From the NCBI GenBank assembly GCA_041739995.1, contig JBGSMV010000071.1:1-15876 (forward strand): a stretch of 15,876 nucleotides of DNA. The letters run 5' to 3'. This document shows, piece after piece, positions 15,747 to 15,876 of the stretch; the stretch's first letter is position 1, and each line of letters begins with the position of its first letter. A program made the position numbers and the translations under genes. The notes below the pieces were generated by a model. It did no database searches, was not told the origin of the DNA, and saw only the letters and a program-made list of their open reading frames with translations. Source of the stretch: Bdellovibrionota bacterium. GTDB lineage: Bacteria; Bdellovibrionota_C; UBA2361; JBGSMV01.

Positions 15747-15876
15747 TAGAGGTCGGAGGGCGACCATCGCTCACCTGGGCGCAATGCTTCAAGCGCATCT
15801 ATGAAATTAATCCGCTCGAGTGCCCACGCTGCAAAAATGAGATGCGAATCATCGCATTCGTTACCAATGAGCGAGA

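Larger units (their letters stand above)
14466..15876 (+). pseudogene. IS91/ISCR-family HUH transposase, interrupted by four palindromic inserts and one repeat slip; runs off the window end
   Basis: Reconstructed ...VLRDE|VLTTFDEYLNCG...YCDTCKHSLLVAFSCKKRGICPSCGAK|RAVKFGEH...FNPHLHGLL...ARYIERGP...TYTTK|DERAHEF...RYYGW|YSCRARG...WAQCFKRIYEINPLECPRC, with Zn finger, HUH and catalytic Tyr. Confidence 0.9.

Noticed and set aside
14374..15798. Separate ORFs 14374-14715, 14396-14629, 14703-14918, 15033-15278 and 15406-15798
   Set aside because: Off-frame or antisense products of the interrupted transposase; the shared peptide TVRLPSTRAQAEGSSRPKP is the type A insert read antisense.

Overview
Accessory region built around a tRNA-Leu(UAA) locus that appears to hold tandem, integrase-less islands. 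From left to right: the left end of an IS3-family element (1-141); a small module encoding a DUF6933-like protein, a metallophosphoesterase and a class II Fic protein; a tRNA-Leu(UAA) gene on the minus strand whose T-arm is interrupted by a 52-bp palindromic insert; an 11.3-kb co-oriented minus-strand cargo block (Zn alcohol dehydrogenase, DUF5661, CoA-disulfide reductase-rhodanese, P1B-4 ATPase, and arsR-arsC-arsC(pseudogene)-acr3-arsD-arsA); an attP-like junction carrying the 3' half of tRNA-Leu; and an IS91/ISCR-type HUH transposase. A roughly 100-145 bp att-arm-like repeat occurs three times, and both complete copies begin exactly at the anticodon-loop core TTTTAAGT. The transposase can be rebuilt into one clean reading frame by removing four precise hairpin inserts from two REP-like families and one CTCCC unit. 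The same 52-53 bp nested hairpin sits at GG^T sites, in sense orientation, in both the tRNA and the transposase. All product calls come from motif recognition; no database searches were run.
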